DNA of 63,448 nt, counting the filler, from Octopus bimaculoides (taxonomy: Eukaryota), in assembly GCF_001194135.2 (NCBI RefSeq). It is 4 parts of 4 records of this genome, joined end to end, with 100 filler letters (N's around TTAATTAATTAA, not from the genome) between each part and the next. Parts side by side here need not be neighbours in the genome. Positions count along the whole stretch, not along the records: positions 23,948 to 44,813 come from NC_068998.1; positions 44,914 to 62,147 come from NC_068981.1; 2 more parts are not named here. One strand, 5' to 3'. The notes beneath the pieces are model-generated. The model was not told the DNA's origin, did not search any database, and saw nothing but the letters and a program-made list of their open reading frames with translations. The first letter of the stretch is position 1. Each line of letters starts with the position of its first letter. The translations under genes and the position numbers were made by a program. Positions 37,092 to 48,174 of the stretch are shown one piece after another.

Positions 37092-37465
37092 TAAGGCGGT
37101 GAGCTGGCAGAATTGTTAGGATGCTGGGCGAAATACTTCACGGTATTTTGTCTGTCTTCAGGTTTTGAGATCAAATGCTGCAAAGGTTGACTTTGCCTTT
37201 CACCCTTTCTAGGTCGATGTAATCAACTCATCCTCTCCCCCAAAATTTCAGGTTTGTGCGTATAGTAGAAAGGATTATTATTATTATTATTATTATTACT
37301 ATTCCATATGTTCTACATTCTAAGTCCAAATCCTGCTAAGGTCAACTTTGCCATTCATCTTTCCAAGGGCACTACAAATAAAGTACCAGCCATGTACAGG
37401 GGGTGATGTAATCAACAGACCCCGTCCTTGAAATTGCTGGTCTTGTGCCAAAATGTGAAACTATT
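37092..37465 (+). mobile_element. Two family A SINE copies
   Basis: AAGGCGGTGAGCTGGCAGAATTG head; second, truncated copy after an (ATT)n spacer. Confidence 0.8.
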
Positions 37466-37876
37466 ATTATTATTATTAAAACATTTCTGATTCAGAAAAA
37501 TTAAAAAAATATAACCGTTAGTTTAGGTTACTAACAAAAAGAATTTTCTAAATGTTCCTGAAAATAAAAATTTTTTTTTGGTCTCTTTTGTAAATGTGTG
37601 TGTGTGTGTGTGTGACTTTATTTAGTTTATTTCTTGTCTGCACTTGGATTTCTAGAAAAATTGCTGAAGTCAATAATTCTAACAGAAAATTATCGAATTT
37701 GCTCGTAAATTAGAATACAAAACATTTCTGTACCGAACATTTTGTTTGCACCACACACACACACACACACATATATATAGAAAAATTTNNNNNNNNNNAC
37801 ATTGCCATTTGTTCTCTCTGTTTTACACACACACACATCATGTTTCACCTTTATCAATAGCTATTAAAATAGCTGC

Positions 37877-37909
<33 letters not shown>

Positions 37910-38394
37910 GACTTGCTGCAGAAAGTATTTTACTTTCTATGGAAACTGATGATGCAATCATGTAAGTAACCATGGTAACTACCAGAGAAATAGCTTACTT
38001 TATTTACACACAGGTTTCTGGTTCTTAGCTAGAGCACAGCATGACTGGTTGAACTGTGATTCGAACCCTTGCTCTCATAGGTTAGGATTCAGACATCACA
38101 AATATCCATTCACACATGCTAAACGAAATTTCTGAACTTCTCTTGACCCTGACCTACGCGCTTGCTGTATCACCTTCCATTTCACCTTCCTGTAACTTGA
38201 ACATATGCTCCACTCCAGTTGTGTAACTAGGCCGGTGGGGAGGGGGTGCATGTGCTCTGGCATCATTTGAAGGTGGGGGTGCTTCATCAAAAGCAAGAAA
38301 GATGAGACTTTAAACAATTGTATTGCTTTTTTTTTTTTATTACATCTCATTTCACACATTAGGTTTTTTAATGTTTCATATTTCTTTATTGCCC

Positions 38395-38595
38395 ACAAGG
38401 GGATAAACAAGGACAAACAAACGGATTAAGTCGATTATATCGACCCCAGTGCATAACTGGTACTTATTTAATCCACTCCGAAAGGATGAAAGGCAAAGTC
38501 GACCTCGGCGAAATTTGAACTCAGAACGTAGCGGCAGACGAAATACTGTTAAGCATTTCGCCCAGCATGCCAACGTTTCTACCAGCTCACCGTTT
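38395..38595 (-). mobile_element. Family A SINE, young-looking variant
   Basis: Close match to the family body: GAAAGGATGAAAGGCAAAGTCGACCTCGGCGAAATTTGAACTCAGAACGTAGCGGCAGACGAAATAC. Confidence 0.88.
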
Positions 38596-38924
38596 TTTTA
38601 ATGTTTCAAATCGGGGAAGCTAGGGCATTAAATGGTTAAAATAAGGGGGTTTCGTGAAAGTAAAAATTCAAAAAATATATTTTAAATTACAGGCTGTACC
38701 GAACCGGCAGGTAAATGAACCCTGATAAAATATTTGTTCCTTAANNNNNNNNNNNNNNNNNNNNNNNNNNNTTACCAGCCCGGCTAAAACCAGCTCTGAG
38801 TACAAATGTCTTGTTTTCATAAGTTTTAAATTAAAATCTTCCCCCAAACCTTAGTCACAATTTATGTTCCTAACACAGCAAGGTATTTTATCTGATTACT
38901 CTCTCATTCATTATCATAATCATC

Positions 38925-39135
38925 ATCGTTTAACGTCCACTTTCCATGCTAGCATGGGTTGGACGATTTGACTGAGGACTGGCGAACCAAATGGCTGCAC
39001 CAGGCTCCAATTTGATTTGGCAGAGTTTCTACAGCTGGATGCCCTTCCTAACGCCAACCACTCCAAGAGTGTAGTAGGTGCTTTTTACGTGCCACCGGCA
39101 CGAGGGCCAGTCAGGCGGTACTGGCAACAGCCATG
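38925..39135 (-). mobile_element. Family C SINE 3' part
   Basis: CATCATCGTTTAACGTCCACTTTCCATGCTAGCATGGGTTGG...GGATGCCCTTCCTAACGCCAACCAC. Confidence 0.85.
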
Positions 39136-39739
39136 CTCATTGTCTTTCCTTTTTTTTCTTCTTTTAATCTGTTTTTCCTTGTCCTTGAACTACAACAATA
39201 TAATACTTGCACCCAACTTCTCCGTTATCTGGAACTATTCCTAAGTAAATGGATTTCATATCTGAAATCTCTGTTTTCAAGAATTGTGTTGCACTGAAAA
39301 GCAACATTGAAAAAGCAATCTCGTGAACAGATTTGTAATGACATTGGAACTACGACTGTGCTTTTGTGCGTCGGGGTGGGGTACTGTTGGGTAGGCTGTA
39401 TAATAATGTATTGGAATTATTTCATCGTTGCGGCATGTTTAATTATCTATCATCAAATGATCTCTTTTGGCAGAGATGGCAGGGGGGTGAGGGGTGGAAT
39501 TATCGGGTGGTGGGCGTCTTTTTTGTTGTACTTTGTTTTGTCGTGTATTTGTTGTTTTGTTATTTTCGTTTTATTTGCATTTTATTTGAATTTATTTCAT
39601 CCTGTGAAGATAATCTGTCAGACGTGATCAATCTTGGTTCTTCTCATCTGATTAGAATGAATTTTCTTACTTTCAGCTGAAGAAATTCTTCTCTCTCTCT
39701 CTCTCATTCACTCTTGATTTTTCTCTATCTCATTTTCTC

Positions 39740-39779
<40 letters not shown>

Positions 39780-39797
39780 GCATGTGTGTATCTGATT

Positions 39798-39840
<43 letters not shown>

Positions 39841-40354
39841 TTCTGTGTATATTTGTATCTGAGTTTATATGTGTGTATGTCTGTGTATATGTGAGTCCAT
39901 ATGTATGCATATATCTGTGTATATATTATGCATATGTGTATATATACACTTTATATATGTGTGTGTGGGTGTGTGTGAGTTTATATGTGATGTCTGTGTA
40001 TATATGAGTTCATATATATATATGTGTGTGTGTATAATATATATATGTGCATATACATATGCATACATCTATATATACACACCCTCTGTTATTCAGTTCA
40101 TTGTAATTCATTATAATAACTGGTAATTTATTACATTTGATATTCCAATGATTGTCGCGTCATTTAACTCTGCTTTATTTATATCTATTGTTGGTTCAAA
40201 TGCTTTATCTATTTTCTTGTTGTTGTTGTTGTTGTTTGTTATCATGGAGCAAAAGCATTGGAGCATTTGCACAAAATGTCTTACAGTATTTCTTGTGAAT
40301 ATTTACATTCTGAGTTCAAATCCCTTCAACACTGCCTCTTTTTTTTTTTTGTTC

Positions 40355-40458
40355 TTTTACTCTTTTACTTGTTTCTGTCATTTGACTGTGGTCATGCTGG
40401 AGCACCGCCTTCAGTCAAACGAATCNNNNNNNNNNGGGACAAACACACACACACTCAC

Positions 40459-40501
<43 letters not shown>

Positions 40502-40730
40502 GTTTCTTTCAGTTTCCCTCTACCAAATCCACTCACAAGGCTTTGGTCGGCCCTAGGCTATTATAGAAGACACTTGCCCAAGGTGTTTCATCCCTGTTTA
40601 AATTCCTCTGAGGTTGGTTATGCCTTAATCCATTCGGGGGTCAATAAAATAAGGACCAGTTGAGCACTGGGGTCAATTTCATCGACTTTCTCCCTCCTTC
40701 AAAACTGCTGGCCCTGTGCCAAAATTTGAG
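40355..40730. mobile_element. Family B SINE (minus) joined to a family A 3' part (plus)
   Basis: The family B body ends at CCCAAGGTG, immediately followed by the family A body TTCCTCTGAGGTTGG...GGGGTCAATAAAATAAGG. Confidence 0.7.
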
Positions 40731-41124
40731 TTGGAGAAAGAGAATTGGAGAGGTCACTTGCCCATGGTGTTCAGGGAGATCTTCGACAGTGGGATTCTTC
40801 GATTATCCCTAGGGGCCATCCTGTATCAGAAGGACTACATCTCTATCACCACCACCCCTTTTTGGGGGGCTAACCATTGTATATTATATTTCCCTTCCTT
40901 TTCACTGTATACCATGCATTCTTACTCTTTCTTTCCTTTTTTCTTTATTATTATCTATTTCATTATTTTTTCATTTCGTTATATGTAAACCTCAGCACTT
41001 TCTTTAATATTGTGCCCCCCATCATTTGCCCTGATGGCAAATTAATGAAATCATCATCATCATCATCATCATCATTATTATTGTTGTTCTTGTTGTTGTT
41101 TTTAAGTTGCATTTGTTAGTTTGC

Positions 41125-41171
41125 TTCTTGACTTATGTTCTTTTGTTCTTTTTTTCTTCTTTCAGGTAAGT
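41125..41171 (+). promoter_or_regulatory. Recursive-splice-site-like motif (3'SS directly abutting 5'SS)
   Basis: TTGAC branch-like motif, ~25-nt pyrimidine tract, then CAG|GTAAGT (AG at 41164-41165; GTAAGT at 41166-41171). Confidence 0.5.
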
Positions 41172-41307
41172 GATTGAAAGTTCAATTATGAATTGAAGGG
41201 AGGTCATCAGACCAATCAATGTTTGTTGTATGTGATACAGTTGCAAAGGTAAATTACTTCACTGTTGCTTTATTTCTTCTCTCTCTTCCTTCTTCTCCTA
41301 GTTTACT

Positions 41308-41580
41308 TTATTACCTCTGCCTTAACGAAGGCAGAGATATTGTTTTCAGTCATGTTTGTTTGTTTGCTTGTCTGTGGACAAGATATCTCAAGCACTGCTG
41401 GATGGATTTAGATGAAACTTTCAGGGATGTTTGGCCTCATGACTGGCACAAACTGATTAGATTTTCGAATTGATCTGATACCGGACAAGGATTCTGGATT
41501 ACTTTTCCTCTTTTTTTACTTAATTTTTGAGAGCGGTCGGGTTCATCTTTAGTATTCTCGTTTGCGAGAATACTACTATT
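41308..41580 (+). mobile_element. Helentron-associated (HINE-like) element, 5' part
   Basis: TTATTACCTCTGCCTT-AACG-AAGGCAGAG 5' hairpin/subTIR, (TTTG)n, and the same core as 33695-34020. Confidence 0.65.
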
Positions 41581-42141
41581 TGTGGATGTGGTAGACCCAN
41601 NNNNNNNNNNNNNNNNNNNNNNNNNNNNNNNNNNNNNNNNNNNNNNNNNNNNNNNNNNNNNNNNNNNNNNNNNNNNNNNNNNNNNNNNNNNNNNNNNNNN
41701 NNNNNNNNNNNNNNNNNNNNNNNNNNNNNNNNNNNNNNNNNNNNNNNNNNNNNNNNNNNNNNNNNNNNNNNNNNNNNNNNNNNNNNNNNNNNNNNNNNNN
41801 NNNNNNNNNNNNNNNNNNNNNNNNNNNNNNNNNNNNNNNNNNNNNNNNNNNNNNNNNNNNNNNNNNNNNNNNNNNNNNNNNNNNNNNNNNNNNNNNNNNN
41901 NNNNNNNNNNNNNNNNNNNNNNNNNNNNNNNNNNNNNNNNNNNNNNNNNNNNNNNNNNNCAACCGACAACTGGTGTCTGGCCAGTTGCTGTCAAACTGTC
42001 CAACCCATGCCAGCATGGAAAATGGACGTTAATTGAAGACGATATTTAAATATAGATTGTTTCAGATTCCACTTGCATTAGATTGTACTTGGCTTGACGC
42101 ATCTTCTCAAAGTACAGCAAATCACTATAACTCCCGGTCAC

Positions 42142-42197
<56 letters not shown>

Positions 42198-42576
42198 GTT
42201 TGTGCAAACAGTGGTGCATGCAGAAGCACCTGTTGACATTTCTTGATAGGAAAAGAATTAAATGCATTATTGACATGGTTTCCCATCAGGCACTAATGAA
42301 TGGTTGGTGGTAAAAGTTAAAGAGAGGGTGAGGTATGTCTGTTTGTCCAAAAACCTTTCATATTTGGTATGTTTGCTCGACAAAAGACTGTGCGCCATTA
42401 AACAATTATAAATACGAAATGCGTGTGTGTCTTATGTGAATGCGTTGTGTACACATGCCTATATTCATGTGTTCTAGTGTGTGTTTGTTCTAAATATATA
42501 TAGTCATAAAGACACATATATACATACATATATACATGTATGTATGTATGTATTTATTTAAACTGACTGTATATAT

Positions 42577-42625
<49 letters not shown>

Positions 42626-42661
42626 TATGCATTATATTTTATATACATATTTATATATATG

Positions 42662-42710
<49 letters not shown>

Positions 42711-43008
42711 GTATGTATGTATATGTGTATTTACTGGATCCAAACTGAATTTCAGGTTTTAGTTTGTTTTACTTTCGTTCCTATTTATTTTGTTATTTCC
42801 ATTTATTTATTTATTGCTATTTTCTCCTATTCTGAAAGAAAGCACAAATAATGAAATGTAAACAAATACGACAATGAAAATATATAAAATTGGTACAAAT
42901 TGGTACACAATTCTTCCCCTATTATACATCTGCATACTCCAGCTTAGATACAAGCAAATCCATATACATAAGTATTTGCATATCTGTCTCTCTATGTGTG
43001 TGTGTATA

Positions 43009-43047
<39 letters not shown>

Positions 43048-43576
43048 CAAACATGCATATATGGGTACAGGACGTCACCAAAAGTAAACAACATGAAATA
43101 CAATAACAAATTAGTTCAATGCCTAAACAACGACAGAAACAAATGGAGAAACTATTAAGACAATTTGGGGGTGGGTTTCTTACCTTTGACATATTCATGC
43201 AACCTTTCGCAGCATTCGAGGGTTAGGTGTTAAAAGGTCATGTTTTAAAACCTGTTTCTTCGTCAAGCAATCCGAAGCCAACTTCATCATGCACCTTACT
43301 TTTCAGACACAGCATGAACAGTCGGGTTTGCACCTCGGTTCCCTGTGTGGCCTTTGGTGCAGTATGTGGTTCTCACTGCCACTGTAGTGTGGTGTTGTTG
43401 TTTTGTTGTTATTGTTCCACCGTTTAGCAATTAAACTGGCCATGTCCAAAATATTCTACTTGTTTTATGTTCAAACTGGCCAGTTTAAACTCAGAACATA
43501 GCTGCCTACAAAATACCAGTAAGCATTTTGCCTAGTGTGCTAAAGATTCTGCCAGCTTACCACTTTAATAATAATA

Positions 43577-43619
<43 letters not shown>

Positions 43620-44333
43620 TAATAGTAATAATAATAAAAAATAATAATGATTGTTATGCAAAGGAAAGGTGGGTGGGTTTTTTTTTTTTTTTTTGGTTTA
43701 TAGAAGTATTTCGTGAGATCTATCAGTAAAACCATAGCCAAATGTAAACCCTACAAGTTTGAACTGACACATGAGAGTGCAATGACAAATTTGCTTAAAC
43801 ATTACTGAGATAAACATCCTCCTTCAGACAACAATAGTTCTACAGCAAAACAAACATCTCTGGGAAATTCTTGAAAGAAACATCATCAACTGAAAGCGAG
43901 AAAATATCAACACAGTTTTTGTACATAACATAAGACTACTCCTGTTGTTTGAGACTATAAAGTGCTTTATAGGAATACAATTCAAGCCTGAATTGTCGTG
44001 AAAGATGAAATGTAGAGGCTGACAAAAGAGTTATCGTCTGCACCTTTTGTTTCAGTCCCAGCTGACAGAGATCTTTATGATTCCATGGATAGATACGCGA
44101 TTGTAATTTGAGCCCTGTATTGACTATTGTTGGTGAATGGAAACCAATATATTGATTATTGGCCAAGGATATGCTGATCAATATTGGAGTAGCATATTGG
44201 AGAAAAAAAGAAAAATGGCAAGCATGGTTGTATAGTTAAGAAGTTAGAGTTCAGTCTCATTTCAAGGCACCTGCTTTAGTCCTAGGCTGACCAAAGCCAA
44301 GTGAGTGGATTTGGCAGAGAAACTGAAAGAGAC

Positions 44334-44365
<32 letters not shown>

Positions 44366-45077
44366 ATACATATATATATATATATATATCATACACACTC
44401 TCTCTCTCTCTATGTGCACAAATTTATAGCTCCAGTTCTCAGAATCTGTTAAATTTGGTATGTATACAAATGGATTGGCTACTTATTTCTCTGAGCTTCA
44501 TCAAGTGATGTAGACCCCCTAACGAGGTCACAATAAGGGCCGAAAATCAATTAAGGTAGTTAATCACTTTTCCCAATCTACAGAGACATGGGGAAATTTG
44601 ACATATCTACTATGTAGGTTTACATAGATCATACCTCACTACTGCAAGGACTTGGTCTCCAGTAGACAGGTTGCTAATATTAAAATAAAGTGTTAAATAC
44701 TTTTTTGTATACAAATGACTATCTTCAGTGAAGCTTCTATAGTTGATATATACATATACATACACACACACACACACACACACACATACTCACACAAACA
44801 TCCCCATATAAGANNNNNNNNNNNNNNNNNNNNNNNNNNNNNNNNNNNNNNNNNNNNTTAATTAATTAANNNNNNNNNNNNNNNNNNNNNNNNNNNNNNN
44901 NNNNNNNNNNNNNATATGATAGGATTGTTTAAACATTCAAGGGGTAGGCTGAAGTGTTTAAGCAACCAGGGGATAATTAAATCCGAAGGCGCTCCTGGAG
45001 ATTAATTGTGTGGGTACCGTCTTTGTTAGAAGGTATTCAGAGGCAGGTAATTTATCGTTTAAACCGCAGTTTATAAT

Positions 45078-45709
45078 TATAATCAAGTGGAGAATGGAGA
45101 AACAAACACAGGAAGAAGCAGGTCATTTGCGCTAGTTAGCCATTGATTTAATTAATTAATTATGTGGAGATAGTATAATGATACATTGACGATCGTTTCG
45201 ATCTGCCAATTTGATTGGCATATCGCTCCAGAATGTTGAGAAGTATGTTAAAGTTCATGGTATGAGAGATGAAGGAATAGAAGATAGGGGATATAGTAAT
45301 GCATATAGTGGTATAAGAATAGAGTTGAGGTAAAGTTAGTCTTACATTTTATTCGAAGTTGTGTTAATAGTCTTTCTGCGAAAGAGAGGTAGGGTGGGTG
45401 CTGTTAAAGATCGTAGTTCTAATTTTGGTCAAACGCATTCCGCACGTGGATGTTTTTAAAATTCGAGCGCATGTTTTTGTTTTTTAGCACCGGTGGAGCT
45501 AAAAATATCTTCTAAATATCTTCTATTCCTGCATCTCTCACACCATGAACTTTAACATGCTAAAGAGATCTGCCAATCAAATTGGCAGATCGAAACTATC
45601 GTCAATGTTTCATTATACTATCTCCACATAATTAATTGATTAAATCAATGGCTAACTACCACAATTGACCTGCTTCTTCCTGTGTTTGTTTCTCCATTGT
45701 CCACTTGAT

Positions 45710-45713
<4 letters not shown>
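45078..45713. mobile_element. Foldback-type MITE with ~200-bp TIRs and TA ends
   Basis: Left TATAATCAAGTGGAGAATGGAGAAACAAACACAGGAAGAAGCAGGTCA... is mirrored by ...TGACCTGCTTCTTCCTGTGTTTGTTTCTCCATTGTCCACTTGATTATA; ~220-bp unique middle. Confidence 0.88.
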
Positions 45714-45763
<50 letters not shown>

Positions 45764-46111
45764 NNNNNNNNNNNNNNNNNNNNNNNNNNNNNNNNNNNNN
45801 NNNNNNNNNNNNNNNNNNNNNNNNNNNNNNNNNNNNNNNNNNNNNNNNNNNNNNNNNNNNNNNNNNNNNNNNNNNNNNNNNNNNNNNNNNNNNNNNNNNN
45901 NNNNNNNNNNNNNNNNNNNNNNNNNNNNNNNNNNNNNNNNNNNNNNNNNNNNNNNNNNNNNNNNNNNNNNNNNNNNNNNNNNNNNNNNNNNNNNNNNNNN
46001 NNNNNNNNNNNNNNNNNNNNNNNNNNNNNNNNNNNNNNNNNNNNNNNNNNNNNNNNNNNNNNNNNNNNNNNNNNNNNNNNNNNNNNNNNNNNNNNNNNNN
46101 NNNNNNTATAT

Positions 46112-46186
<75 letters not shown>

Positions 46187-46519
46187 TGTGTGTGTACATG
46201 GTGCATGGGCTAAATTTGACGATTTTTTGCCACCCATTTCAGGAGTAGCTTGATGAATTTGTGAACAGTAAACAGTGTTGGAAAGCATAACAATTAAAGT
46301 GGTAGTTGAGAAAAAATTAACTGACATGGATGACTGACAGCCAGCTGAATATAGGAAGGGAATTACTGGTATCATGATGATTTGCATCACGTATCACAAT
46401 ACTGACATCATGATACTCTATGCTCTTTGAACATTGTAAAGGCTGTCAGACGTGACATGGACTACTGCAATAGAGACTACAAAGCCATGACTAGCTGGAA
46501 GTGACACAGTAGGCGTTCT

Positions 46520-47075
46520 GACTGCGTCCGTACGTCAGAATTCATCCCCACATCTTTGAACAGGGCCTTAAGCTCAACTCAGACAACTATCCGAAGCTGT
46601 TGGAGACTGTGGTCAATCCCTGGATGGAGAGGGTTGCTGTTAGAAAGCCGTATGTGTGGCAGCAGGTTTTGGCTTCTTGCCATACCACCGGAAAGCGCCA
46701 GAAACCATTGTCGGAGAATACCTACGACTTCACTATCCCTAATTTCTGACCTCCTAACTCTTCCGATTGTAATCTCTTGGCACGGTTGAGAAAAACACTA
46801 CCCGCATTGCCTGTGATACCAAGGCCGAGCTGGTGGTCAAAGCCTCGAAAAAGTGTTTGAAGATCTCCTCAGGAACACAGTGGGAAACGTATGCGCCAGG
46901 TTTCGGAACCGTCTTGAGGCCGTAGTGGAACCTGGTCTGCTACTTTGAGTAAACTGTTATCTTCCAGTCATAATCACGTTGATATTTTTTGATTCTTTAA
47001 ATACTTTATTTTTAGATGGGATATTGTTTTCTTTTCTTTTTATACAAATTATCTAACTAGGCTTGAACACCCTGT
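46520..47075 (+). mobile_element. Tc1/mariner maT (DD37D)-like transposase 3' remnant with right TIR
   Basis: PHIFEQGLKLNSDNYPKLLETVVNPWMERVAVRKPYVWQQ..SCHT...ENTYDF...F*PPNSSDCN...ARFRNRLEAVVE; ends GAACACCCTG. Subfamily inferred from motif style only. Confidence 0.8.
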
Positions 47076-47244
47076 GTGGTATATTTCATATACGTATCAT
47101 ACGTACATACATACATATAATATAGATTTAATATTTATAGTATATGTATGTCATATCTATGTATGTATGCGCGCGCGTGTATGTGTGTGTGTGTGTGTGT
47201 GTGATAACCTTTAAAAAGGCAAAAGATTAATGTTTTCTCCGATG

Positions 47245-47430
47245 TAATGAGATAGCCTCTATGTTGTCCTTCAACCTGCTAGAAATAGCAGCCTAATCAT
47301 TCTCAAATGAAACCATACAACCCTAAACACAGATGAATACGCAATATGCTTCTTGGAATACAAAAAGGTATGATGATTATGAATTTGAGTATAGGTACGT
47401 CTAACCAGGTTGAATTGCGGACTCAAAATA
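47245..47430 (+). mobile_element. Diverged dispersed copy of the element whose head is amplified in the 15.3-16.3 kb array
   Basis: GAGATAGCCTCTATGT...CTGCTA-GAAA-TAGCAG-CCTAA-TCATTCTCAAAT aligns with the minus-strand array unit; continues to an AAC-like tail. Confidence 0.6.
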
Positions 47431-48126
47431 ACTACAACGGCAATTTTATTTTAAAAATTGTATACATCATATAAAAGTGGCAAAAAATAAGCTTTCTTTC
47501 TCTTTGTAGAGAAGACACGATTAATTCCATGCTTCCCTTCACATTAATTGTTAAAAGCTTAGAGTTTAGATATCAGAACGTAATGCTAAATTACAATTTA
47601 CTTAAAGGTGTACATGGCTGATAAGGCCTTGAAAAGGGGAAGCCATAAATATCCCGTGGTTTTACAGTTGTCTTTTCAACAGGGCATATTCTAATACACA
47701 TACACGCATAGACACACACACACTTATAAATACATATACAGATACGCACACACATATTCTTTTGATAGAAAGATGTAGCCGATGCGTCTCTTAATGATTT
47801 CACACACGCATTAATCGCATCAATTCGTCAAGTTGTCAACTTCTTGGTGAAAAGAGACACATCCACCATTTTCCCATGTGAGAGATTCAAGTGATATTTC
47901 TATAGCTGTGCTGAAAATAGAATATAATGCAAACATACATGGACTTTTAGATTTATCAGTTTCAAAATCTTCCCTGTCTATCTATCTATCTATCTATCTA
48001 GCTATCTAGCTATCTATCTCTTAGTCTCTCTGTCTGTCGCTCCCTCTTATCAGTTTTTCTCTCTCAACATATGTATATGTGAACATGTCCTTATGTGAGT
48101 GATTTTGTGTATATTTGTCTAACCTT

Positions 48127-48174
<48 letters not shown>

